The notes under the pieces: model-generated | Databases searched by the model: none | What the model saw: only the letters and a program-made list of their open reading frames with translations | Told to the model about the DNA's origin: nothing | Source: the human T2T-CHM13v2.0 reference genome, Homo sapiens | NCBI GenBank assembly: GCA_009914755.4 | Contig: CP086569.2 | Location: 22,304,001-22,368,000 of the forward strand | Direction: 5' to 3' | DNA: 64,000 nt | Shown here: one piece after another, positions 1-12,898 of the stretch | Layout: every line of letters starts with the position of its first letter | Position numbering within the stretch: position 1 is the stretch's first letter | Program-made: the position numbers and the translations under genes

Positions 1-276
1 AGACAAACAATTTCCCAAAAGACACACTAAAAAGCACTCATCATCCCTAATCCATCAGGAAAATCAAACCACAATGAGATTTCATCTCACTTCAGTCAGA
101 ATGCTTATTATCCAAAAGACAAAAACAAAAACAAAAAACCAAAAAAAAAAAAAAACAAAAAAAAACTCATTTCTGCTAAGGATGCAGAGAAAAGGAAATC
201 ATTGCACACTTTTAATGAGAATGTAAATTAGTGCAGGCATTACAAGAAGTTTTATGGATTTTATTTAAGTATAGAA
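1..276 (+). mobile_element. Ancient L1 (L1M-type) ORF2-derived fragment, including an atypical A-rich stretch at ~115-165
   Basis: Matches the L1 ORF2 motif 'caaaaccacaatgagat..catctcac..cagt.agaatg' and 'aaggatg.agagaaaagg'. Continuous with 579-1425 once the Alu is removed. The paralogous copy is at 46400-46690 (reverse complement). Confidence 0.7.
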
Positions 277-1425
<1,149 letters not shown>

Positions 1426-2087
1426 CGTTTTATGGTGATGCAGATAATTTTGTAGTCCTTCTAAAGACTTCTGAAACATTATAAGCTTGTAAATTTTTAA
1501 AGAGAAAGAGCCTAATTAGAAAACTTGTGCAGCTTGCAAGGGAGATGTAATATGTGCCTAATTTTGTTTCTATTTGTGTTCAAAGAAACAAAGAAAAATG
1601 TTCAACAAACAACACAATTTACTCTCCTATTGTATTTGCTTTTAAGCATGTATAGCTGAGCAATAACATCAGGCATTTTGCATTACATGTAACAATGTAT
1701 TCTGAAAATTTTAATATAGATATTACATCTAAACAGATAGTTTTCAAATAGCATTAACAAGTACGAAATTACTTGAAAAACATTCCTTTTCCTTTGAATT
1801 CCTCAAAAACTTCATGGAGGAAGTTATTATCTACTTCTCTCCACAAAACCAACATGTTTCTTTCAGTAATACACAGGTAACAATGCAGAAATAACATTTC
1901 AATTTTCAATTTGCAAACAAGGTTTGGTATGCAATAACCATTATTTTGGATACTTGCTTTAGTATCTGCTTCAGTCTCCTTTTTCAGGTCGACTTTCCCC
2001 ACTATCTCCTATAGATGCCACTTAACTTGACCTACCATATGCTACATGAGGAGCAGGGTGCACCCTATCCAGAGAAGGTGTATTCCT

Positions 2088-2318
2088 TCAGTCTTTTCTG
2101 CCAAAGTGCTCATGACCACAGGAATAAAAATCACTGCAACTCCTTGAGTAACTCTCCCGACTTCTGCCATATCTATCTCGAGTATTGTTATAATCATGAT
2201 GGCTGCTTCCACCATAAGACATCCCAGGTCCTTGTGCAGGTGCTGCACCATGAGAGGTCCCAGCAGAGTTGATAAAATAATATGTTGGGCTACATTTAAA
2301 CATTTTTACTGCTATCAC
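2088..2318 (-). pseudogene. RBMY-like terminal exon (C-terminal Tyr/Ser/Gly-rich tail) with a premature TGA
   Basis: Translation '[56 protein letters not shown]' matches RBMY1 '[56 protein letters not shown]'. After the stop the frame still reads 'RNTPSLDRVHPAPH', similar to RBMY 'RNPPSLGRVLPDPRE'. Confidence 0.75.
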
Positions 2319-2667
2319 TAAAGCATGAACTAATTAAAGTACTATTTGGAAATATCTGCTTTCCTCTGCCTTTGTTGACAGGATAATAATTAAGCCTGCA
2401 ATAGTAGGTTTTATTTAAAATAAGTGTAAGAGTAGTATTTTGAAGCTTGACAAGTTTAATTCTAAGGTAAATGTTGAGTCACATTTTCTGAACATGAACT
2501 GAAGTTCTCACTTTCATATCATTCCCTATATTTTATACTGTTAAGAATACTCATTATTGAAGCATGTTATATTTGTTCTTTATAATTTTCCTTAGAATTT
2601 CATGTAAATAATGATCTGATCTATTAAATGTAATTCTATAATTTACAAATCCATCCTGGACCATTAC

Positions 2668-2756
2668 CATATCTCTGAAATGCATCTCTGTAAGAACTTC
2701 CACTTGCACATTGAGAAAGATCTCTACCACAGGCCTCAGAGTAGCCACCATGATCA
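2668..2756 (-). pseudogene. RBMY-like exon
   Basis: Translation '[31 protein letters not shown]' matches RBMY1 '[29 protein letters not shown]'. AG acceptor (reverse complement of 2757-2758) and GTAATG donor are present. Confidence 0.75.
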
Positions 2757-2848
2757 CTAAATTGAAAAAAAAAAATAAAAAAGGGTTCTTAATGGCAGAA
2801 TGAACAATTTAAGAAATCAATTTAATAAATCCAGATAACATTATAGTA

Positions 2849-2960
2849 CTTATATCCTCTAGAGGAATGTTCATCCTGACTAGAATGACCATAATCACAG
2901 TATGCATAGCCTCTAGGTGGTGGAGCATAATCCCTAGTTTCTCGGGAACTTGGATGATGT
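2849..2960 (-). pseudogene. RBMY-like SRGY-box exon (~37 codons)
   Basis: Translation '[41 protein letters not shown]' matches the RBMY SRGY box '[37 protein letters not shown]'. Length is 112 nt, close to the 111-nt SRGY unit. Only one such exon was found, against four in human RBMY1. Confidence 0.75.
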
Positions 2961-3019
2961 CTGTGTGCATAAGTTTAAGCAACACATTTTAAATTTTCAA
3001 ATTCTAGTATCCAAAAATA

Positions 3020-3826
3020 TATCTAAATAACAACTTAAACACAATTAAATTGCCAAACATCTAAATAGCTATTTCTCCAATAAAATAGGCAAATGCCCAG
3101 AAAGCACATGGAACAGATACTCATAATCAGTGATTCAGAAAATGCATTTCAAATCCACAATGAGATACCATACTTCACACACACACACACACACACACTG
3201 GAATGGCAATAAAAGCAGGAAATACCAAGTGTTTGAGGGGATGTAGATAAACTGGAACCCTGATACAATACTTGTTGGAATGGAAAATGATGCAACTTCT
3301 ATGGAGAAATGTGGTGGTTCCTCAAGAAAACAAACATAATTATCATAGAACCAAGCAATTCCACTTATATACATACCCAGAATCGAATAAGTATACTCAA
3401 ACAAATATTGGTGCATAGAAACACTGTGGTGGAAACAACCCAAATAAAATAATGGGTTAACAGTTTGTGGAAGGAGTGAAGTGCTGCAATGTAAATGAAC
3501 CTTTGAAACATCATGCAAAGGGAAAAGAGACAGATGCAAAAAGTCATGTAGTGTTTGAGCCCATTAACGTTAAGTACCCACAACAGATAAATTCAGAGGT
3601 GGAACACTGACTGGTGTTTGCTAGCAGCTGAGGGAAGGGAGAAAATGGAAGGAACTGCTTAACTGGTAGTTGGAGTTTTAGCTTGGAATCATGAAAATGT
3701 TTTGGAACTCGATGGAGGTAGTTGTTGCATGACACAGAATGTATTAAACACCACTTAACTCTTTACCTTATAATATGTAATTTTGTTATGTGAATTTCAT
3801 CACCACAACAAAAAAAATCAACTATT
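3020..3826 (+). mobile_element. Ancient L1 (L1M-type) ORF2/3'-end fragment ending in poly-A; contains a (CA)n microsatellite at 3178-3198
   Basis: Reads 'caaatgcccagaaagcacatggaa...aaatccacaatgagataccat', 'tatatacatacccagaa' and 'ttgttggaatg.aaa', ending in the A-run at ~3810-3826. Confidence 0.7.
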
Positions 3827-3859
3827 TTATTTCATTTTTCCTTTAACTCTCCTTAATTG

Positions 3860-3970
3860 CATAACCATCATCTCTTGGTGACATATGGTCATTTATCCAG
3901 GAAGAGATTGTCACTCTGCATGGAGGACCTCCATAATTCTCTCTTCCACATGATATGGGATATTTAACAC
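3860..3970 (-). pseudogene. RBMY-like exon remnant, truncated beside an L1 3' end
   Basis: Translation 'SVKYPISCGRENYGGPPCRVTISSWINDHMSPRDDGY' matches RBMY1 '[36 protein letters not shown]'. Homology stops at DDGY, ~35 bp from the poly-A end of the L1 at 3020-3826. Confidence 0.65.
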
Positions 3971-5262
3971 TCATGTAATGGAACATTATGTAAAGAACAC
4001 CAAATCTGAAACACTATTTTATCTTCTCTCAAACAACTTTTTAAAATTATTTCTTCTATGACTCCATTCTTTGTTTCCTAAATTACTAGCCAGTCATGAC
4101 ACTGTGAATATTTCTTATGGCTTTGGATAACCCCATGGCTCCCGCAAGGCCAGTTCTTCTAATGAAGCTGAAGGCTAACACTAATTCTCAGGTAAAGTTC
4201 ATTTGTAATGTTAATAACAACTTAGTTATTATTTTCCTCTTCATATGAATGACTGATGACTGCTAATGACAGAGGGAAAACATGTAAAACCATCAAACTT
4301 TTCACTGATTTTAAAGTTTACATAAATTGTCCTTTCTCAGCTGAAGAAGGTAAATTTTCCCATGTTGTTAAATTCATCTCACACACACAAATACTGCTAC
4401 CTTTGAATGACTACATGCTAAATTTTTACATAAAAGTTCTCCTTTATCTCTAAGTGGCTGGCTCTACCTTAAATGTTGACAAATTAAAATGTATTAGTGA
4501 AGATTTTCTAATGATGGCCAACATTTACTTTTATTTCAATAACCAGTAATGTTAAAGGGGTCATTACAACATTGTTGCTATTTCGAAATAGAGAAGGTTC
4601 TTCTTTAATATCCTCTTCACTAGCTATTCCTTAAATGTCAGCCTTTCACCTATGATATGTTCACTAGCGAATTTTCCAATGAAATATGTTGGCTTTTGTG
4701 TCCTGAAGTCAATAAATACCTAACTTCACTGACAGTCTACATAAGAAATGTAAAATTGAAAATGTCAGTTTTTAATTTCCTCCATATTAGGATGGAGGAA
4801 TAAGTAAGAATTTTAATTTGTTCTGCTTAAACTTCTTTGCTAAGAATTTTATTTATTATCTTGCTTTCTTCTGTTTAGTCTGCAATCTTAAAATTATCCT
4901 TCTGAAAAATACTGCTTCTATTAAATCCTACTGCTCACCTCGTGTTGCTTAGTTCTAAGTACTCTCCTCAAATAATTTCAAATTTTACACTTAGGATCTT
5001 GTGTTAATGTTTAAACATCCCGGTACAATCTTAATTATTGATTTACATCCCCTTATATTTCACAACACTGTCCTTCTGTGATACTCACTTAAGAATATTG
5101 AACTCCTTCATGTCTACCTTTCAAGCCTTAAAATTATTTTTAAATTATATTTAAGCCCAGTGACTCCTTTTCTGCTAAATGCTCTTGTAGTTCTTTTGAA
5201 TCTTCATATAAGTAGTAAGAATGCCTTGCAAATAAGCTTATTGAGGTCTCAGAAGCTGGATG

Positions 5263-5530
5263 GCCCAGGTCAGTGGCTGACACTGTGAGCCAGTGTAGAA
5301 GGCTGAGGCAGCTGGACTGCTCAAGCCCCAGGCTTTAATGTCAGTTTTGAAAATGTAGTGAGATCCCCTCTCCACAAAAAAATAGGAAAAAAATTTAGCT
5401 AGGTGTAGTGGTGCATGCCTGTAGTTGCAGCATCTCAGGAGGCTGAAACAGGATAATTGTTTGAGCCCAGGATTTTGAGGCTGTAGTAAGCCATCATCTC
5501 ACCAAAGCACTCTGACCTGGTAAGAACAAG
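5263..5530 (+). mobile_element. Old Alu (AluJ/FLAM-like) SINE
   Basis: Reads 'gcatgcctgtagttgcagc.tctcaggaggctgaaacaggataattgtttgagcccaggattttgaggctgtagtaagccatcatct' with a degenerate left monomer. Confidence 0.7.
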
Positions 5531-6126
5531 ACTCCAACCCAACAAAGAAACTGAACAAGCAATTTTCAGATTGGAACACCAGGGGACCATTACCACGGGA
5601 CCTAGGAAATGGAAGAATTCTTTAGATGAAGAAGCCTAGCATCTCTTAAAGAATACTGCTAGGAGCTTTTAGAAAAATAAAGGGGAATCCTCTAGCAACA
5701 CAGGATTAAAAGAAACGTTGGCCTCACTCTAATCAATTCTTTGATCTGCAATGAGAAGCTAGAGTATTTCTTCACCATAAACCTGAAATGTACCTAGTGA
5801 GAGAGAAACTATACTCAAAGTGATCGATCACCAATTAAGCCAATGTGTATGTCACTTCTATTTTGTTTGATAAACTTAAAGTTAAGCATCCAGGTAAAAT
5901 AGCTCATTTTTAGTCCTACAAAAACTATGGTCTTTCTATCAGGTAGCATTTACCTTGGCCTCCCATCCAACTATTGCTTCTTACCATAGCAGAAAGAGCA
6001 GATTTTTTCAGAGGAGGGACTCGACTTCTTGAAGAGGGACCTCTTTTAACTGGAATGGGTCCCCTAGAAGAACTCATGTTGAGATCAGGAGTGTATCCAC
6101 CATCATCTGTATTTCAAACAAACTCT

Positions 6127-6437
6127 TTTTTTTCTTTTTCTTTTTTTTTGAGGTGGGGTCTTGCTCTTTCACCCAGGCTGGGGTGCAGTGGCACGATCTT
6201 GGCTCACTGCAAGCTCAGCCTCCCGGTTCACGCCATTCTCCTGCCTCTGCCTCCTGAGTGGCTGGGACTACAGGTGCCTGCCACCACACTCGGCTATTTT
6301 TGTGTGTGTGTGTGTTTTTAGTACAGACAGGGTTTCACTGTGTTAGCCAGGATGGTCTTGATCTCCTGACCTCGTGATCTGCCCGCCTCGGCCTCCCAAA
6401 GTGCTGGGATTACAGGCGTGAGCCACTGCGCCCGGCC
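6127..6437 (-). mobile_element. Alu (S/Y-type) SINE, minus orientation, with an internal (GT)n
   Basis: Poly-T start, then '...gagacagggtttcactgtgttagccaggatggtcttgatctcctgacctcgtgatctgcccgcctcggcctcccaaagtgctgggattacaggcgtgagccactgcgcccggcc'. Confidence 0.9.
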
Positions 6438-7284
6438 TCAAACAAACTCCTTAGTTAACTAACATCACTGTTTCTTAAATGGCTAAGTTTTAGTTTTTTA
6501 TAAAGATTTTCTACATATTATAATCTTACAAATTCACATTTGTCTAAACTAATAAAATTAACATTTTTATATGAAATTAGTACAACTCAAGCAATAAAAC
6601 TCCATTTAGAAAATCTAGAAAGAAACTCAAGAATCATAATATTTTCTATGAGAGAGATGTGGGAAAAGTAGGGAGTGAACAGGGAGCAGATATTGATCAG
6701 TAAAATATCTAAGTATAATATACATAAAAATATTAAAAGAAAAATGATAAATGACTGTTTATATCATTCTGTTATGAGGAAAAATTTTCAAAGCATATCA
6801 TAAAGATAAACTAAATTCTATTCAAAGAAACTCAAATATTTACAATATCAAAAAATGCCACTTCAGGAAAATACCTTACCTCTAAAATTTGTTAACAGAA
6901 TATAGAATTCTTACAATTCCCTTATAAAACACTAATTTTCAGATTAGACTGTTAAATTTTAATAATCTTTAAGAATTGCATATTAAATAATATAAAAATA
7001 TTTTTCATATATCTACAAAAAATATAGACATATGCCAATTGCCAGGTGGCATTACAGGTTAGAATACACACATTCTCTTACATGACAGAATATTATTGAA
7101 CCTCACCCTCAAGATCAATGGAGACAAAATAATCATGAAGCTATGCATCTTAAAATGGAGCAAACACTGCAATTTCAGCTTCAAAAGAACATCTCCAATT
7201 AATTACACATCTGGTTATTAAAACCCAAAAATAAATGATAGATTTTTGAAGGTTGGTTAATAGACAATACAAGTTAACTGATAT

Positions 7285-7585
7285 ATTTATTTATTTATTT
7301 ATTTGTTATTGAGATGGACTCTTGCCCTATTACCCCAGGCTACAGTGCAATCGTGTGATCTCACCTCACTGCAGCTTCCACCTCCCAGATTCCAGTGATT
7401 CTCCTGCCTCAGCCAAGTAGCTGGGATTACAGGTGCAAGCAACCATGCCAGGCTAATTTTTTATACCTTTAGGAGAGACAGGGTTTCGCCATGTTTGTGT
7501 GGAACTCCTGACCTTGTGGTCCCCCCATCCCATACTTCCCAAGTTCTGAGACGACAGGCATGAGCCATCTCACCCAGCCCATCCA
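7285..7585 (-). mobile_element. Older Alu SINE, minus orientation, followed by (GTTTT)n at 7586-7612
   Basis: Reads 'ttatttatttatttg...gagatggactcttgccctattaccccaggctacagtgcaatcgtgtgatctca...cctgcctcagccaagtagctgggattacaggtgcaagcaaccatgccaggctaatttttt'. Confidence 0.85.
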
Positions 7586-8330
7586 ATCATTTTGTTTTGT
7601 TTTGTTTTGTTTTCAAATATATGGTTAGTTTTTCTTTTTTACGTAAAAATCGACCCCTCATTTCTATGGTGTAAATCACTCATAAATATCATTTTCAGTG
7701 ACTCATCCTTCAGCAAAGACAGATACATATATATCTGTGAAGCCGTGGTTATTAGACCTTTCCAGAGTCACTGACTGTTTTCAGAAATTAAAGTTCTACA
7801 TTTCTTAAATTGAAAATGCTTTATGGCAGACCAATGTACAAACTCTCTATCAAAATTACAAAGCAATAGATTTGCATAGATGTTAGCACATGTATACACA
7901 AAAAAACAAATATTGCAAAATCAATCTTAAGTACTGAGTTACTTTTTTCCTGTTGGAAAATTTTAAATATTCCATCCTATTTTGATGTTACAACTGATAG
8001 GAAGTTCTGGGCCCCAAAGTTGAAAACTCTAAAGTATAATGAATATAAATGAGTTCTGCAGAAACTTGTTGAGTGCAGGCAATCAGCATTCATAAACTCA
8101 ATTCAGTTTGAAATTTTTGTTATTTCAATGCAAAGTTATTACAATTTTAAAATGAATTTTAGATATTAGTTCAATCATTCTGATAATACACCTTTAGTAC
8201 TTAGAAATAATTTTATCTGTAAGTTAATTTTCTGTTCATAAAGGAAATAGATAAAATTGAGAAAATTTGATATCATCAAACTTATTTTCTTTCAGTCCTG
8301 TGGTTCCATTTTTATATTTTAAAACATTAC

Positions 8331-8508
8331 CGAAGTGTCCTTCATATGAGAGAAGCCACCCTCTTGTTCCTCCACTACTTCGTCTTCCAGATCTCAGACT
8401 TCCTGCAGGTGTCCTGTTTTTTGAAGAAGGTGGTGGTCTCCGCCTACCACAACTTTGAAAAGATGGTTTCCTGGCTTGTTCTAGTTTTATTGCTTTTCCA
8501 TGCAAAGA
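8331..8508 (-). pseudogene. RBMY-like exon (region just after the RRM)
   Basis: Translation '[59 protein letters not shown]' matches RBMY1 '[59 protein letters not shown]' (about 78% identity). Bounded by 'cttttag' acceptor and 'gtaatg' donor. Confidence 0.8.
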
Positions 8509-8837
8509 CTAAAAGTATTAAAGGTACTATCAATAACACTGGCACATTTAACCTAAGCACATTTTACAAACATTTTTTACATCAACTATAGTTCATAGTT
8601 AATTAGGTGATGCAAAGATGTTGGAAAAAGTGTTTTTGGAGTCACATGCCTTTAAAATGCTTTACTTGAGCAAAGACTAAACCCCTGGGGAAGTAATCTA
8701 GGCAGACATTTGGAGGAAGAGAATTCCAGGCAGACAAAATAACCATTGAAATAATTCGGAGACTAGAATTAAGCAAGTAGTCATACTCGCAACATATGGC
8801 AAGATGAACAAAGGAAAACACTTAAGTGAGATCAAAG

Positions 8838-9452
8838 ACAAATCCTTTTGTTTATTCTGAGTATAATTCTGACTACTTGGAGAACAAACTCTAAGCTGCA
8901 AGTGAGTATCAGATTCAAGCAGAGAAACTAAACAAATGATGATGCTTCAACAAATGTAATGGCAGAGGAGGTGATACATGCAGTCGTTTCATGTGACTGT
9001 ATAAGTTGTGCTTTGCGTAAAGTTACTTGGCTGAGGGCATAAGTAATATGCAAATAATGATGTTGAGTATGTAGGTGATTTTTTATTGTTTTGAACTTTC
9101 TTCTAAATTCCCTCTGGTATTTGATTTCACTTTTTTAACCAGTGTTACAATTATTTATACCTAAATGTTACATGGAACTCATGTAGTATGTACCATGTAA
9201 AATTTATTACTGTCAATCAAGTAATATGAAATTTACATGTGATAGAAATGTATAATTTATACTTTTAAGTTAATATCTTATAATTTAATATATAAACCAT
9301 ATAAGCTATATAACTAACTTATAAATGTAAGTATTCCTAAACATACATAATATATCTGTATATGTTATAACTAACATATATGTATTGCATATAGATGAAA
9401 TGTATGCATTATATATTTTAATACAGATATACTATATGTCTATATGTATTTC
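8838..9452. repeat. Direct repeat copy A (~610 bp, AT-rich) immediately 3' of the minus-strand L1 (left of its poly-T end)
   Basis: About 85% identical to 12899-13510, for example 'caagcagaga..c.aaacaaatgatgatg.cttcaacaaa..taatggcagaggaggtgataca' and 'catataagctatataactaa.ttataaat.taagtat.cctaaacata'. Confidence 0.8.
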
Positions 9453-12400
9453 CTTTTTTTATATACTTTAAGTTCAGGGGTACATGTGCAGATGTGCAGT
9501 TTTGTTACATAGGTATACACGTGCCATGGTGGTTTGCTGCGCCCATCAACCCATCATATACATTAGGTATTTCTCCTAATGCTATCCCTCCCCTAGCCCT
9601 CCAGCCCACTAAAGGCCCAGTGTGTGATGTTGCCTTTCCTGTGTCCATGTGTTCTCATTTTTCAACTCCAGCTTATAAGAGAGAACATGCAGTGTTTGGC
9701 TTTCTGTTCTTGTGTTAGTTTGCTGAGAATGATGCTTTCCAGCTTTACCCATGTCCCTGCAAAGGATATGAACTCATACTTTTTTATGGCTGCTTACTAT
9801 TCCATGGTGTATATGTGCCACATTTTCTTTATCCACGCTATCATTGATGGACATTTGGGTTGGTTCCAAGTCTTTGCTATTGTGAACAATGCCTCAGTAA
9901 ACATAAGTGTGAATGTGTCTTTATAGTAGAATGATTGACAATCCTTTGGATATACAACCCATAATGGGACTGCTGGGTCAAATGGTATTTCTAGTTTTAG
10001 ATCCTTGAGGAATAACCTGTCTGTACTCCACAATGGTCGAACTAATTTACACTCCCATCAACAGTGTAAAAGCATTTTTTTTCTCCACATCCTCTCCAGC
10101 ATGTGTTGTTTCCTGACTTTTTAATGATCACCATTCTAACTGGCCTGAGATGGTATCTCATTGTGGTTTTGATTTGCATTTCTCTAATGACCATTGATGA
10201 TGAACTTTTTTTCATATTTTTGTCAGCTGCATAAATGTCTTCTTTTGAGAAGTGTCTGTTCATACCCTTCACCCACTTTATGATGGGTTGGGTTTTTTTA
10301 TTGTAAATTTGCTTAAGTTCTTTGTAGATTGTGGATATTGGTGCTTTGTCAGATGGATAGAGTGCAAAAATTTTCTCCTATTCTGTAGGTTGCCTATTCA
10401 CTCTAATGATAATTTCCTTTGCTGTCAGAAGCTCTTTAGTTTACTTAGATTCCATTTGTCAATTTTGCTTTTGTTGCCATTGCTTTTGGTGCTTTAGACA
10501 TGAGGTGTTTTCTCATGCCTATGTCCTAAATGGTATTGCCTAGGTTTATCTTCTAGGCCTTTTTTGGTTTTAGGTCTTACATTTAAGTCTTTAATCCATC
10601 TTGAGCTTATTTTTGTATAAGGTGTAAGGAAAGGGTGTAGTTTCAGTTTTGTGTATATGGCTAGCCAGTTTTCCCAACAACATTTATTAAACAGGGAATC
10701 CTTTGCCCATTGCTTGTTTTTGTCAGGTTTGTCAAGGATCATATGGTTGTACCAGTGTGGTGTTACTTCTGAGGCTTCTGTTCTGTTTCACTGGTCTATA
10801 TCTCTGTTTTGATACCAGTACCATGCTATTTTGGTTACTGTAGCCTTGTATTATAATTTGAATTCAGGTAGCTTGATGCCTCCAGCATTGTTCTTTTTGC
10901 TCAGGATTGTCTTGGCTATGCGGGCTCTTTTTGGCTCCATATGAAGTTTAAAATAGTTTTTAACAATTCTGTGAAGAAATTCAATGGTAGTTTGATGGGA
11001 ATAGCATTGAATCTATAAATTACTTTGGGCAGTATGGCCATTTTCATGATATTGATTCTTCCTATAATGAGCATGAAATGTTTTTCCATTTATTTGTGTC
11101 CTCTCTTATTTCCTTGAGCAGTGGTTTGTAGTTCTCCTTGAAGAGGTCCTTCACATCTCTTGTAAGTTGTATCCCTAGGTATTTTATTCTCCTTGTAGCA
11201 ACTGTGTGAATTCACACATGATTTGACTCTCAGTCTGCTGTTGATGTATAGGAATGCTTGTGATTTTTGCACATTGATTTTGTATCTTGAGACTTTGCTG
11301 AAGTTGCTTATCAGCTTAAGGAAATTTTTGAGCTCAGACAGTGGGGTTTTCTAAATATACAATCTTGTAGTCTGCAAAAACAGACTACAAGACTTCCTCT
11401 TTTCCTATTTGAATACCCTTTATTTCTTTGTCTTTCCTAATTGCCCTGGTCAGAACTTCCAATACTGTGGTGAATAGGAGGGGTGAGAGAGGGGGCATTT
11501 TTGTCTTCTGCAGGTTTTCAAAGGGAAAGCTTCCAGGTTCTGCCATTCAGTATGATATTGGCTGTGGGTCTGTCATAAGTAGCTTTTATTATTTTGAAAT
11601 ATGTTCCATCAATACATAGTTTATTAAGAGTTTTTACCATGAAGGGGTGTTGAATTTTGTGGAAGGGCTTTTCTGGATATATTGAGATAATCATGTGGTT
11701 TTTTCATTGGTTCTGTTTATGTGATGGATTATGTTTATTGATTTGCTTATGTTGAATCAGCCTGCATCCCAGGTATGAACCCAACTTGATCATGGTGAAT
11801 ACACTTTTTGATGTGCTGCTGGATTCTATTAGCCTTTATTTCATTGAGGATTTTTGCATCAATATTCATCAGGGAAATTGGCCTGAAATTTTCTTTTTTT
11901 GCTGTTTCTCTGCCAGATTTGGTTATCAGAATGATGCTAGCCTCATAAAAGGAGTTACGGAGGATTTCCTCTTTTTCTATAGTTTGGCATGTTTTCAGAA
12001 TGAATGGTATCAGTTCCTCTTTGTACCTCTGGTAGAATTCATCTGTGAATCTGTCTAATCCTGGACTTTTTTTTCTTTTTCATTGGTAGGCTATTAATTA
12101 CTGCCTCAATTTCAGAACTTGTTATTGGTCTATTCAGGGATATGACTTCTTCCTGGTTTAGACTTGGGAGAGTGTGTGCATCCAGGAATTTATCCATTTC
12201 ATCTAGATTTTCTAGTTTCTTTGCATAGAGGTATTTATAGTATTCTCTGATGGTAAATTGCATTTCTGTGGAATCAGTGGTGATCTCCCCTTTATCACTT
12301 TTTATTGTGTCTTTTTGATTCTTCTGATTCTTCTCTCTTTTCTTGTTTATTAGTCTGGCTAGTGGTGTATGTATTTGTTGATCTTTTCAAAAAACCAGCT

Positions 12401-12898
12401 CCTGGATTCATTGATGTTTTGAAGGGTTTTTCATGTCTCTATCTCCTTCAGTTCTGCTCTGATCTTAGTTATTTCTTGTCTTCTGCTAGCTTTTTAATTC
12501 GTTTGCTCTTGTTTGTGTTCTCTTGTTCTTTTAATTTTGATGTTAGTGTGCTGATTTTAGTTATCTCCTACTTTCTGTTGTGGACATTAAGTGCTGTAAA
12601 TTTTCCTTGAAACACTGCTTTAAATGTTTCCCAGAGAGTCTGGTAACTTGTCTTTTTTCACATTGGTTTCAAAGAACATATTTATTTCTGCCTTCACTTC
12701 ATTATTTACCCAGTAGTCATTCAGGAGCAAGTTGTTCAGTTTCCATGTAATTGTGCAGTTTTGAGTGAGTTTTTAAATATTGAGTTCTAATTTGATTGCA
12801 CTGTGGCCTGAGAAACTGTTTTTTTTTTAATGATTTCTATTCTTTTGCATTTGCTGAGGAGTGTTTTACTTCAAATTATGCAGTCAATTTTAGAATAA
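9453..12898 (-). mobile_element. 5'-truncated L1 (L1PA-like, ~3.4 kb: 3'UTR plus the 3' part of ORF2), minus orientation
   Basis: Poly-T at 9453-9460, then the reverse complement of the L1 3'UTR 'tttaagttcaggggtacatgtgcag.tgtgcag.tttgttacataggtatacacgtgccatggtggtttgctgcgcccatcaacc', followed by ORF2 reverse-complement hallmarks such as 'tttgcatttctctaatgac' and 'ttaaagcagtgtttcaagg'. Confidence 0.9.

Larger units (their letters stand above)
2088..8508 (-). pseudogene. RBMY: RBMY-family (RNA-binding motif protein, Y-linked) gene remnant: exons for the region after the RRM, one SRGY box and the C-terminus; RRM exons not located
   Basis: Minus-strand translations align to RBMY1/RBMX: '[59 protein letters not shown]', 'YPISCGRENYGGPPCRVTISSWINDHMSPRDDGY', '[33 protein letters not shown]', '[31 protein letters not shown]' and '[56 protein letters not shown]'. 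The SRGY box is RBMY-type ([13 protein letters not shown]) rather than RBMX-type. An in-frame TGA sits where RBMY1 has Gln, homologous sequence continues after it, the last exon has no AG acceptor, and an L1 lies ~35 bp beside one exon. All of this points to a pseudogene. Confidence 0.8.

Noticed and set aside
2015-2272. 85-aa plus-strand ORF
   Set aside because: Antisense to the RBMY-like terminal exon; an open frame by chance in Tyr/Ser/Gly-rich sequence.
7640-7750. Possible additional RBMY exon ('...LKMIFMSDLHHRNEGS' versus RBMY '[18 protein letters not shown]')
   Set aside because: Similarity is weak and frame-shifted. Not reported as a feature, though it may be a decayed exon 5.
9797-12263. 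Multiple 60-100-aa minus-strand ORFs
   Set aside because: Fragments of the L1 ORF2 reading frame inside the 5'-truncated L1.
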